29,787 nt of DNA from Candidatus Eiseniibacteriota bacterium (GTDB lineage: Bacteria > Arandabacterota > Arandabacteria > Arandabacterales > Arandabacteraceae): assembly GCA_043810925.1 (NCBI GenBank), contig JBDRNT010000103.1, forward strand, positions 1-29,787, read 5' to 3'. The notes under the pieces were generated by a model. That model ran no database searches. It saw only the letters and a list, made by a program, of their open reading frames with translations, and was not told the origin of the DNA. The translations under genes and the position numbers were made by a program. Below are positions 1 to 8,537 of the stretch, in pieces (positions within the stretch are counted from its first letter, which is position 1; each line of letters starts with the position of its first letter).

Positions 1-477
1 GAGGCCCTGCTCGTTGGCCGGGAACCACCTCAGCGCGGTGCGTCCCGTGATTGAGAGCACACTGAATCCGGCCATGCGTCTTCCGGCGCGGATTGGATTA
101 GACTCGGTCTCGAAGACCACTTTGTCGGGCGTATGGAGCAACTGGGGCATTATGCCCGCGCTCCACCCCATCGGCCAGGCGACCGGTTCGATGACGGTAC
201 CTTCGAGCGGCTCGAACTCGATCGAATAGACTGCTTCCCAGCAGGAATCAAACACCTCGATCTCAAAGTCGTAACGCTCGCCGCCGTATATGCGAGTACA
301 CCGCACACATGATATTCTTGCGGCGGCGGCAGGTATAATCTCTCGTCCTCCGTCTTCGTACGGGACGGTCTTTGACCCACCGGCGAGCGATATAGCATTT
401 GACAAAGCGGGCTCAGTGACTAACATGAATAGAGGAATGCCAATGAGGCCTAAGAAAACTTTCGCATATATGCGCAC
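1..477 (-). CDS. Secreted hypothetical protein, 3'-truncated by the window edge
   Basis: Manual translation from GTG at 477 (GGGGTAG upstream) is open to position 1: MRIYAKVFLGLIGIPLFMLVTEPALSNA...RWFPANEQGL. N-terminus is signal-peptide-like. Absent from the ORF track because no stop lies in the window. Confidence 0.7.
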   Translation of the reverse strand, partial: MRIYAKVFLGLIGIPLFMLVTEPALSNAISLAGGSKTVPYEDGGREIIPAAAARISCVRCTRIYGGERYDFEIEVFDSCWEAVYSIEFEPLEGTVIEPVAWPMGWSAGIMPQLLHTPDKVVFETESNPIRAGRRMAGFSVLSITGRTALRWFPANEQGL

Positions 478-600
478 AAATCTACCCCTGCCGTACGTAA
501 AATGTCCTTCCTTGGAGATATATCGGCACGTAGCCCTGGAGCTTTACCTCACAACCTTCCCATATAGAATATACGCAACAATGCGGGATTTGCCAATACC

Positions 601-1452
601 ATGACTGGATTAATAACGGGCCGTATCCATGCCGCCGACCTGGATCTCGAGACATCAATGGGATGCGGGCAGATATTCGGCTGGGACCGCCGCGGGCAGG
701 TCTACTTCGGTATGATCGGGCCGGTGGCCGTCGGCATACAGCAGGAGGGCGACAGGATAGGCTTCGTGAGCGAAAGCAGCCTTGATCGCTCAAGGATCAT
801 CAGCTACCTCGGGCTTGACGTGGATCTGGGAGAGATCCTCAAATCGATAACCCGCGATCCGTTCATGAAGCGGGTCGTGGACTCGGTAAGGGGCCTGAGG
901 CTACTCAAGCAGGACCCCTGGCCGTGCCTGTGTTCGTACATAATCTCCGCGAACAACCGGGTGGAGCGTATCGATACGATAGTCAAACAGATCAGCCGTG
1001 AGCTTGGAACCAGACACGTAGTGGACGGAGAAGAAGTCTATCGTCTGCCCGGACCCGAAGTCCTCGCCGGCTGTGCGGAATCTGGATTGCGGTCCTGTGG
1101 GACGGGCTTTCGTGCACCCTACCTGCTGAGCGCGGCGGCAATGGTATCGGACGGCACCATAGACTTTGATGCGATCGACGGGATGCCGACCGCCGAGGCG
1201 AGAGACCTGCTTAAGATCATACCCGGTGTGGGGGATAAGATAGCGGATTGCGTTTTGCTCTTCGCATTCTCAAGATATGAGACGTTTCCCGTGGATGTGT
1301 GGATAAAGCGCGCTGTTCAGATCAAGTATTTTGACTCTGAGGAGGTCAAAGCGGAGGAGATACGTCGTTTCGGTCGTGAGTATTTCGGCGAGTACGCGGG
1401 CTACGCGCAAGAGTACATCTACCACTATGCACGGGAGTACGGGCTTGAATGA
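601..1452 (+). CDS. ogg: 8-oxoguanine DNA glycosylase/AP lyase (OGG1-type, HhH-GPD)
   Basis: N-terminal LDLETSMGCGQIFGW; QDPWPCLCSYIISANN; HhH IPGVGDKIADC with catalytic Lys; FPVDVWI with catalytic Asp; YAGYAQEY. Confidence 0.9.
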   Translation: MTGLITGRIHAADLDLETSMGCGQIFGWDRRGQVYFGMIGPVAVGIQQEGDRIGFVSESSLDRSRIISYLGLDVDLGEILKSITRDPFMKRVVDSVRGLRLLKQDPWPCLCSYIISANNRVERIDTIVKQISRELGTRHVVDGEEVYRLPGPEVLAGCAESGLRSCGTGFRAPYLLSAAAMVSDGTIDFDAIDGMPTAEARDLLKIIPGVGDKIADCVLLFAFSRYETFPVDVWIKRAVQIKYFDSEEVKAEEIRRFGREYFGEYAGYAQEYIYHYAREYGLE

Positions 1453-1455
1453 TGA

Positions 1456-1484
1456 CGGCAGGGGGGCGAAAAGCCCCCTCGCCG
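1456..1484. terminator. Probable bidirectional terminator hairpin
   Basis: CGGCAGGGGGGC-GAAAA-GCCCCCTCGCCG between the convergent ogg and ferredoxin genes; no strong U-tract. Confidence 0.6.
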
Positions 1485-1491
1485 GAATATG

Positions 1492-1677
1492 CTATTCGAT
1501 AGTTATGGCCTCTGAGGGACAGTCCTCAGCGGCTTGCTGTGCGCTTTCTTCGGCATCGGCAGGCACGACATCACCTTTGACCTTGGCGATGTCGTCTTCC
1601 ATTTCGAATACCTCAGGACAGGTTTCGGCACAAAGAGTGCACCCAGTGCACTCATCCTCATCGACGATGGCTCTCAT
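1492..1677 (-). CDS. fdx: Monocluster ferredoxin
   Basis: CTGCTLCAETCPEVF...CPSEAI; acidic 61 aa; GGAGGAGG RBS. Confidence 0.92.
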   Translation of the reverse strand: MRAIVDEDECTGCTLCAETCPEVFEMEDDIAKVKGDVVPADAEESAQQAAEDCPSEAITIE

Positions 1678-1695
1678 TGCTTCACCTCCTCCCTA

Positions 1696-2784
1696 TTAGG
1701 TTGTGTCCTTCTGGTCATCCTTCTTCTCGCCCTCAGCGGGCGGCATGAGGCCGGTCAGTTCACCGCCCTCTTGTCGTCCCATAAGCTTGAAGAATGAGTC
1801 GATTATCTTGCGCTCGATCTCATCGCGCTCGCTCTCGCTTCTACCGGAGCAATCCACCTGGCCGCCCGCGAGCATATCATGCCCGCCTGCCGTATTGCCC
1901 GCACCTACCACCCGGCGTGCAACCGTCCCGGCCCGGCCCTTGGCCCTGGTCGTACGGATCGATATGAGGATGGTGTCCTTGTACCTCCCGGTGCAGAGGG
2001 TCCAGCTTATCCGTCTGAGATCAAGCAGCATCTCGGCCACCTCAGCCACTATGTCGGCATATGTGACGCGTCCAAGACTGGTCGCCAGGGCGTTCTTGTA
2101 TCTGACCGCGCTGGCGATGGCCTTTGCCACATAGGCGAAGTGCATCTTCTCAAGTGCCGGTCTTCTTATCTTCGAGAGGATCTTCCAGTTGGTCTTGGCT
2201 CCGAGGGCCAGATAGGCTCTTCTGTCGGCCTCGGAAGCATCCCGGCCCAGGTCTTGTGTCTCCGAAGCGATACCATAGAAGAGCGCCGTTGCCAGGTTGG
2301 TGGGGACATCCAGACCGCTTGCGAACAGATACTCAGTGAGAATCGTAGCGCCTGCCCCGTAGTCGGGCCGGATGTCAAGAAATCTGCCACGGGTCGATCT
2401 TCGCTGGGGATGATGATCGATCACACCCACCACGGGGACATCCGCGGGCAGGGAATTATTGCCGGTCATGGGCTGAGTATCAATCAGGATAACCGACTTG
2501 GATCTTCTGATGGTGGATTCAGACAACTTCGTGGTGGGGATCTTAAGCAGCCTCAACATCGCCCGGTTCTCGGCTCTGCCGACAATACCACCATATCCGA
2601 TCTTGGTTCTGATGCCTAGCCGCTTGGAAACAATGTATTTAAGACATGATGCTGCGGAAATTGCATCGGGGTCGGGATTATCATGCGTGAGGATCAGGAG
2701 GGATCGCGAGCCACTGATCGTTTCAAGCAGCTCTTCGAGCTTGGCCTGAGAGGCAAACGTGGATACGGCGGCTGCGTTGACCAC
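1696..2784 (-). CDS. DHH/DHHA1 family phosphoesterase (NrnA-like)
   Basis: HDNPDPDA, DTQ, IDHH motifs and C-terminal AGGHDMLAGG. Confidence 0.88.
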   Translation of the reverse strand: MVNAAAVSTFASQAKLEELLETISGSRSLLILTHDNPDPDAISAASCLKYIVSKRLGIRTKIGYGGIVGRAENRAMLRLLKIPTTKLSESTIRRSKSVILIDTQPMTGNNSLPADVPVVGVIDHHPQRRSTRGRFLDIRPDYGAGATILTEYLFASGLDVPTNLATALFYGIASETQDLGRDASEADRRAYLALGAKTNWKILSKIRRPALEKMHFAYVAKAIASAVRYKNALATSLGRVTYADIVAEVAEMLLDLRRISWTLCTGRYKDTILISIRTTRAKGRAGTVARRVVGAGNTAGGHDMLAGGQVDCSGRSESERDEIERKIIDSFFKLMGRQEGGELTGLMPPAEGEKKDDQKDTT

Positions 2785-2823
2785 GTTGTGCTCACTCCCC
2801 TTCCAGACCGAATTCAGGTTCCA

Positions 2824-3150
2824 TCAGGTGGCCAGCTTCCTGAAGTCTATCTGCTGCCAGGTCTTGCGTTCCTCGTCCCACTTGTAGAGCACGACCCTGT
2901 GGGACTTCTCGGTATCGGAATACACGTATTTCTCTTGTGACTCGCCGCCAATACGCCTGGAGAACTTGACCTGCCGGTCCATGACCACGGCCCGGGTAGT
3001 CCGCTCGAGTTTCATGCGCCCGCCGACACCCTTGAATATTGCCGTCTCGACAACCAGACGCTTCTCCGGGACTTCCTCCTTGTTATTCTCATCGATCCCG
3101 AATTTTTCGTCTATCGTTTCAAGCAGATAATACCACTTCTCGTCGTTCAA
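2824..3150 (-). CDS. Hypothetical protein (~108 aa)
   Basis: ORF 2824..3195. Start re-placed at TTG 3150 because AGGAGG lies just upstream (MNDEKWYYLLETIDEKFG...). Co-oriented with the DHH and ferredoxin genes. Confidence 0.7.
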   Translation of the reverse strand: MNDEKWYYLLETIDEKFGIDENNKEEVPEKRLVVETAIFKGVGGRMKLERTTRAVVMDRQVKFSRRIGGESQEKYVYSDTEKSHRVVLYKWDEERKTWQQIDFRKLAT

Positions 3151-3325
3151 AAGCCGGACCTCCTTCTGCCCGAAACCTATCACAGGATGCTCCACTTTTC
3201 AACAGAGCACTGCATGATAATCGAAACAACCCGGGTTGACAAGGTAATTCTGCTTTTAGGCTTGACTGGAGGCCGTCTGCGTGTCAAATTTAAGCGGAAT
3301 CGCATAAAAGTGGGGTGACGGACAG

Positions 3326-3725
3326 ATGTATAGTGAAAAGGTGATGGATCACTTCATGAACCCCCGGAACGTGGGTGAGATCAAGGATCCTGATGGGGTG
3401 GGGACGGTCGGCAACCCTGTCTGCGGCGACATGATGACCTTTTTTCATCAAGGTGAACGACGGGAAGCTTGACGATGTCAAGTTCAAGACATTCGGTTGT
3501 GGGGCCGCGATCGCCGTATCGAGCATGATCAGCGAGATGGCCAAGGGTAAGACCCTGGATGAGGCCATGAACATCAGTAACAAGGATGTTGCCGACGAAC
3601 TCGACGGTCTCCCGGCGAACAAGATGCACTGCTCGAACTTGGGGGCCGATGCCCTTCAGAAGGCGATAGAAAACTACCGTGAGAAGGCCGGGACCGGGGA
3701 GGAGGAGAAGCCACGTGGGAAGTGA
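3326..3725 (+). pseudogene. iscU: Fe-S cluster scaffold IscU/NifU-N, interrupted by a +1 frameshift (may be a sequencing error)
   Basis: ATG 3326 gives [38 protein letters not shown]. After the T6 run (3440-3445) this frame stops at TGA 3470-3472, while the +1 frame continues [24 protein letters not shown]...[12 protein letters not shown]. All three scaffold Cys are present. Confidence 0.88.
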
Positions 3726-3906
3726 GGGAAAAACCCAGAACGGTAAGGGCGAAGGCACGAAACATTGCTCATGCCCCTTCTGCGATGCTCCTGTTGAAAA
3801 GGTCTATCCATTCTGCGAGGACTGCGGGAAGGAGCTGGACCACTGCAGCAAGTGTGGCAAGCCCTTGCCACCGGGCAGGAAACTGTGCCCTGATTGCAGC
3901 AAGTGA
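3715..3906 (+). CDS. Small double zinc-ribbon protein (63 aa)
   Basis: GTG 3715 preceded by GGAGGAG; four CxxC pairs (CPFC, CEDC, CSKC, CPDC); overlaps the iscU 3' end. Confidence 0.75.
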   Translation: MGSEGKTQNGKGEGTKHCSCPFCDAPVEKVYPFCEDCGKELDHCSKCGKPLPPGRKLCPDCSK

Positions 3907-3972
3907 CGTTGTGAATGGATGCCGGGCCTGACCGAACGCTTGATCTACGCATCCATCTGAGGAAACCCTGAC

Positions 3973-5535
3973 ATGCCGGAGAGGATCGGCTTCACCGGTG
4001 CCGCAGTCTACCTGGGCGGTGGTGAGGTTATCGAAGAGGGCTATGTCACAGTCAAAGGTCCCATAATCGAGGCTGTCGGCCCCTCCTGTGATTTGAAGAA
4101 GACCCCCGATTTTGAGGTGGTCGATCTTGCCGGTGGACTCATGCTGGCGGGGCTCACCGACTGCCACGTCCATCTTGTTTCGTATGCTCTCGGACTCATC
4201 GGTCTGGATCTTGCCGGGACGACCTGCCTTGAGGAAGGTCTCCGGATGATCGAACGTCATCTTAAGCATGTCCCTGAGGGGGGATGGCTTTCCGGGCGTG
4301 GTTGGGACAAGCAACGCTGGGGGTTGTCGGGCTTTCCTACAAGGGAGATGCTTGATGCGATCTCCGGTGACCATCCGGTCGCACTTACAAGCAGGGACGG
4401 CCACCTGATGTGGGTCAATTCCGTGGTGCTCGCCAAGCTCGGGCTTGACGGTAAGGCTTTTCACATCGATGGTGGAGAGATAGAGACCGACGAGAACGGT
4501 AGGCCCACCGGCATACTCAAGGAAAACGCGGCGGGACTGGTCGAGAGCAGGGCCGGCGGCGAGGAAAAAAAGCGGGCAACGGCTGCGATCGAGGCGGCTT
4601 CCCGCAAACTTGTGGGTCTGGGTCTTACGTGTGTTCATACGATCGAGGACGAGCGGGATGCCGAGGTCACCGACCTTGCCCGGGAGCGCGGGTTTGTCGG
4701 TCTCGACCTCGTCAGGCTGCGCGAGATTAAGACTGTGGAAGACGTCGAGCGGCTTTCACCCTCACCCCGGGCCGCTTTTGTGAAGATCTATGCCGACGGA
4801 GCCCTTGGATCCCAGACTGCATGTATGCTTAAGTCCTATAGCTGCGGGCCTGATAACACGGGTATATCTGTGACCTCCAAGGGCGACCTGACCGATCTCG
4901 TCACACTGTGCGTGGAGAAGGGCCTCTCCGTTGCGGTTCATGCCATCGGTGACAAAGCCAACAGGGATGTCCTTGATGTCTATGAAGCGGTGCGCAAGGC
5001 ACTCCCGGCCGGGGACACGATACTTCGTGTTGAGCACGCTCAGATTCTCCGGAGTGAGGACATTGCGCGCTTCGGCCGGTTGGGTGTTATCGCATCGATG
5101 CAGCCTGTCCACATCGTAGCCGACATGCGGGTTGCGGAAGCCTATTGGGGCGCACGGTGCCGGAATGCTTACGCATGGAAGAGTATCTTGCTTGCGGGTG
5201 GCACCCTCGCGTTCGGATCCGATGCCCCCATAGAGGATCCGGACCCCCTGAAAGGCATACACGCTGCCGTAACGCGGCGGAATCCGGACGAGCCGGGGTC
5301 ACCCTCCTGGTACGGTGATGAGCGGCTCACCGTTGCCGAGGCCATAGACTGTTATACACGGGGGGCGGCCGCTGCGGGTGGTGAGGGTGTTGGTTCCGGC
5401 AGAATTGAGGCCGGGGCCCGGGCCAATCTCACAGTGCTTGATAAAGACATCCTGGCTTCGGAGGATCCCGATACAATACTCGATACATCCGTCGAGATGA
5501 CGGTAATCGGTGGGAAGGTCTACGCCAGCAGGTAG
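3973..5535 (+). CDS. Amidohydrolase family 3 (YtcJ-like)
   Basis: GLTDCHVH, RDGHLMWVNS, PTGILKE, KIYADGALGS, HAIGDKA, RVEHAQ, FGSDAP. Confidence 0.92.
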   Translation: MPERIGFTGAAVYLGGGEVIEEGYVTVKGPIIEAVGPSCDLKKTPDFEVVDLAGGLMLAGLTDCHVHLVSYALGLIGLDLAGTTCLEEGLRMIERHLKHVPEGGWLSGRGWDKQRWGLSGFPTREMLDAISGDHPVALTSRDGHLMWVNSVVLAKLGLDGKAFHIDGGEIETDENGRPTGILKENAAGLVESRAGGEEKKRATAAIEAASRKLVGLGLTCVHTIEDERDAEVTDLARERGFVGLDLVRLREIKTVEDVERLSPSPRAAFVKIYADGALGSQTACMLKSYSCGPDNTGISVTSKGDLTDLVTLCVEKGLSVAVHAIGDKANRDVLDVYEAVRKALPAGDTILRVEHAQILRSEDIARFGRLGVIASMQPVHIVADMRVAEAYWGARCRNAYAWKSILLAGGTLAFGSDAPIEDPDPLKGIHAAVTRRNPDEPGSPSWYGDERLTVAEAIDCYTRGAAAAGGEGVGSGRIEAGARANLTVLDKDILASEDPDTILDTSVEMTVIGGKVYASR

Positions 5536-5683
5536 GCTGGCACAACGGATGCATTACTCGGGATACAGCAAGACAGATAGACCGGAAACGGGCACCGTAG
5601 CGATAACCCATGAAGGGTGGGAGTGCAAAGTGAGAGTGGCAAAGCGTGGCAACGTGGCAAAAAGCAACTCAAGCGGTCAAGGC

Positions 5684-8335
5684 ATGGCCGGATCTGCGCG
5701 GCGGATCGGGTTTGCCGTCTGTGCAATACTTGCCATTCTTGCCACCCATGGTTTTGCCGGGACCTACACTCACCTGGTGACCGTATCACCCGATGATCTC
5801 CAATTCTCATCCCGTGGGGGCTACGACCTTGTCTCTATAGGTGGGGCGAGGTGGCTCAACCACCCCGGTGAGCCGCGGCTTCCACTCCTTCCGGTGCGTC
5901 TTGCGCTGCCGGCCGGTTGTGAAGTCGTAGGTCTGACAGTCGCCTATAGCGACAGCACGGTGCTTCCGGGGGACTTCCTTATCTGGCCCGCTCAGCCGCC
6001 ACAGAGTCTTTCCTGGAACGATCCGATCGAGTTTGTTGGGCCTGCCGAGGAGATTTATGCGGAGACGACGGCATATCCCCGGCGTGCGGCCGAGCTGGCC
6101 GGCTGGGGCAGGCTCGGCGGTGCGACCATATGCGAACTGGTGGTGTTCCCGCTGAGATACGTCCCGTTTGAACACAAACTGATCCTGCACAAAGAAGTGT
6201 CCCTGGAGATCGAGTACCGGTGGCAAGCATCGATGCCGGGTAGTGGCGCAGATATCTCCGACCTCGGGATCATAGAGAGCATCGTGTCCAATGCCCGCGA
6301 ACTCCGGGACATGAGACCGCAGCAAATGCATGATGCTTCCCCGATTCCGCTGGGTGGAGATCCCGTAACTTACCTGATCATCACGGCTGACAGCCTGCGT
6401 GGCTACTTCGAACCGCTCCGGATCTGGAAAACGAGAAAAGGGCTGGCCGCCCGCACGGTGAGCGTCGAGACGATCACCTACTCTTACCCGGGCCGAGATC
6501 TCGCGGAGAAGATACGGAACTGCATCAAGGACTTCCATTCCGAGTCGGGAACGGATTGGGTGCTGCTCGGCGGTGACACTCAGATAATTCCCGACCGTAA
6601 GGCATATGTGCCACTTTCGGACAAACCATATTTGCCTTGCGATCTCTACTACTCCGATCTCGACGGTACCTGGAACGATGACGGCGACCTCTACTGGGGC
6701 GAAGTCTATGCTGATAACATCGATATGTATGCAGATGTCTACCTGGGCAGGGCACCGGTCTCAAGCGGTCCTGAAGTTACGACCTTCGTCGATAAGGTGC
6801 TCGCCTACGAGGCATACTCCGAGGTCCCGCAGGGCCACGAACTGGACATGCTCTTCATAGGTGAAATCCTGTGGGGAGACCCCAAGAACCCGCTCGATCC
6901 CGATTATACGGACGCAGGAGTCGCCAAGGATCTCATCGATGCCGCCTATGTGCCGGCGCGCTTCACGATAGAGAAACTTTATGAATCAAACGGCAACCTC
7001 AACTACGGTACGACCATGGCCGCGCTCAACCAGGGCAAGAACATAATCAATATCCTCTGCCACGGTCAGTACACATCGGTTTCCATCGGTGAGGATCGTG
7101 TCGATGACACCGATTTCGAGTCGCTTGTCAACGGCCCGAGCTATGGACTCATGTACTCCGCCAGTTGTCTTTCCGGTGGGTTCGATCAGAACGACTGCCT
7201 CGGTGAGACCTGGGTACTCACCCGGGATGGAGGCGGATTCTTCATCGGCAATTCACGCTATGGTTTCAATTCACCCGCTTTCCCGGGTGAAGGCCCTTCA
7301 GACTACTATGACCAGTCGTTTTTCGAATCGATCTTTGTAACCGGTTTCACCAACCTCGGCAAAGCGCATGCGGATGCCAAGCACGAGTTCGTCGCCGAAT
7401 CGCGCTCCGATGAGTACATGCGCTACATAATGTACGGGCTCAACCTGTTCGGTGATCCGGAAATGAGGTTGTGGACGGATACCCCCGCCGCGTTGGAGGT
7501 GACCTTCGCACCCGAGATCGGTCTCGATCCTCAGACCTATTCCGTGAGTGTCTCAAGCGGAGGGAGCCCCGTCGAGAACGCCACGGTGTGCCTCTACAAG
7601 CTCGATGACGTGTACTGCGTGGATGAGACCGATGGGGCCGGCGAGGTCGACGTGTTCATAGACCCGATTGCCTACGGAACGCTGTTTGTCACGGTCACGA
7701 AAGCCGATTTCGTGCCGTTCACAGCCGAGGCCTCCGTGACGGACGGTTCTCCCCCGGCCAGGCCTGAGAACGTCATTGCGGAGGAGGAAACAGGGCCGTC
7801 GGTGGAACTCACATGGTCCGGTGTGAGTGATCAGGATCTTCATTACTACAAGGTGTACAGGAACACAGTCATGCTGCCGGAGAGTCTGGCGGCCGTTCCC
7901 CCCGAAGATACCATCTACATCGATATGGATGTCTCGGAGGGCACCGTATATTACTACTGGGTTACAAGCATCGACTCCACAGGCAGTGAGAGCAGTCTTG
8001 CCGAGCCATGCTCGGTGCTTGTCCGGGGTGTTACTTCGGTCCCGCCGATGTGGGATGAGCCCGACCGGGGTATCATCGTGAACCCGAATCCGTTCACCCA
8101 CTCGGTCAACTTTGCGTTACACGCGGAGGCTCAGTCCGTTGTGCGGATCGATATCTACGACACCACCGGTAGATGGGTTACCGACATACCTGCGGTCAAG
8201 ACCGGCGGTGGTACATGGCATGGCTCCTGGGACGGCCGTGACGAGTCAGGCAGGAAGCTATCACCAGGAATCTACGCAGTGAGATTCTCAACTGCGGGCG
8301 AGACCTCCACCCACAAAGTCATCCTCCTCAACTAA
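5684..8335 (+). CDS. Gingipain-like C25 cysteine peptidase with propeptide, FN3-like domain and FlgD-Ig/T9SS-like C-terminal domain
   Basis: Signal peptide from ATG 5684 (start uncertain); PGEPRLP propeptide; YLIIT, VLLGGD, DLYYSDLD, catalytic CHG and SASC, NLFGDP; C-terminal PNPF...IYDTTGR...WDGRD...PGIY. Confidence 0.9.
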   Translation: MAGSARRIGFAVCAILAILATHGFAGTYTHLVTVSPDDLQFSSRGGYDLVSIGGARWLNHPGEPRLPLLPVRLALPAGCEVVGLTVAYSDSTVLPGDFLIWPAQPPQSLSWNDPIEFVGPAEEIYAETTAYPRRAAELAGWGRLGGATICELVVFPLRYVPFEHKLILHKEVSLEIEYRWQASMPGSGADISDLGIIESIVSNARELRDMRPQQMHDASPIPLGGDPVTYLIITADSLRGYFEPLRIWKTRKGLAARTVSVETITYSYPGRDLAEKIRNCIKDFHSESGTDWVLLGGDTQIIPDRKAYVPLSDKPYLPCDLYYSDLDGTWNDDGDLYWGEVYADNIDMYADVYLGRAPVSSGPEVTTFVDKVLAYEAYSEVPQGHELDMLFIGEILWGDPKNPLDPDYTDAGVAKDLIDAAYVPARFTIEKLYESNGNLNYGTTMAALNQGKNIINILCHGQYTSVSIGEDRVDDTDFESLVNGPSYGLMYSASCLSGGFDQNDCLGETWVLTRDGGGFFIGNSRYGFNSPAFPGEGPSDYYDQSFFESIFVTGFTNLGKAHADAKHEFVAESRSDEYMRYIMYGLNLFGDPEMRLWTDTPAALEVTFAPEIGLDPQTYSVSVSSGGSPVENATVCLYKLDDVYCVDETDGAGEVDVFIDPIAYGTLFVTVTKADFVPFTAEASVTDGSPPARPENVIAEEETGPSVELTWSGVSDQDLHYYKVYRNTVMLPESLAAVPPEDTIYIDMDVSEGTVYYYWVTSIDSTGSESSLAEPCSVLVRGVTSVPPMWDEPDRGIIVNPNPFTHSVNFALHAEAQSVVRIDIYDTTGRWVTDIPAVKTGGGTWHGSWDGRDESGRKLSPGIYAVRFSTAGETSTHKVILLN

Positions 8336-8338
8336 CAG

Positions 8339-8534
8339 CTGGGGTCAACTACTGGGGTCAGGCTTTGAATTCTGGAATTAGAAGTGCAGGGTCGAGCAAT
8401 TTCATGGGGTCATGTCATGGGGTCAGATCTCAAAAATCGCGCCGGCGGTTCCACCGTGTGCGATTTTTGAGCTCCGACCTCGTGTGCCTTGCGCTGGCAG
8501 GAGCCTAATTCCAGAATTCAAAGCCTGACCCCAG
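8339..8534. repeat. Nested GGGGTCAG-type inverted repeats (REP/MITE-like)
   Basis: Perfect 30-bp IR at 8352-8381/8505-8534 (CTGGGGTCAGGCTTTGAATTCTGGAATTAG) encloses a 22-bp IR at 8419-8440/8460-8481 (GGGGTCAGATCTCAAAAATCGC, 3 mismatches). Confidence 0.85.
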
Positions 8535-8537
8535 CAG

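Noticed and set aside
3453-3725. Independent 90-aa gene
   Set aside because: It is the C-terminal part of the frameshifted iscU and lacks the first conserved Cys.
5536-5683. Riboswitch (e.g. c-di-GMP) upstream of the C25 protease; three GTGGCAA repeats
   Set aside because: No convincing aptamer consensus or stems; the repeats are short and may be coding.
1879-6538. Long antisense ORFs (1879..2619, 3769..4638, 5807..6538; likewise 12863..13543, 14150..14869, 21577..22248)
   Set aside because: They are shadows of well-supported genes in GC-rich DNA and have no recognisable motifs.
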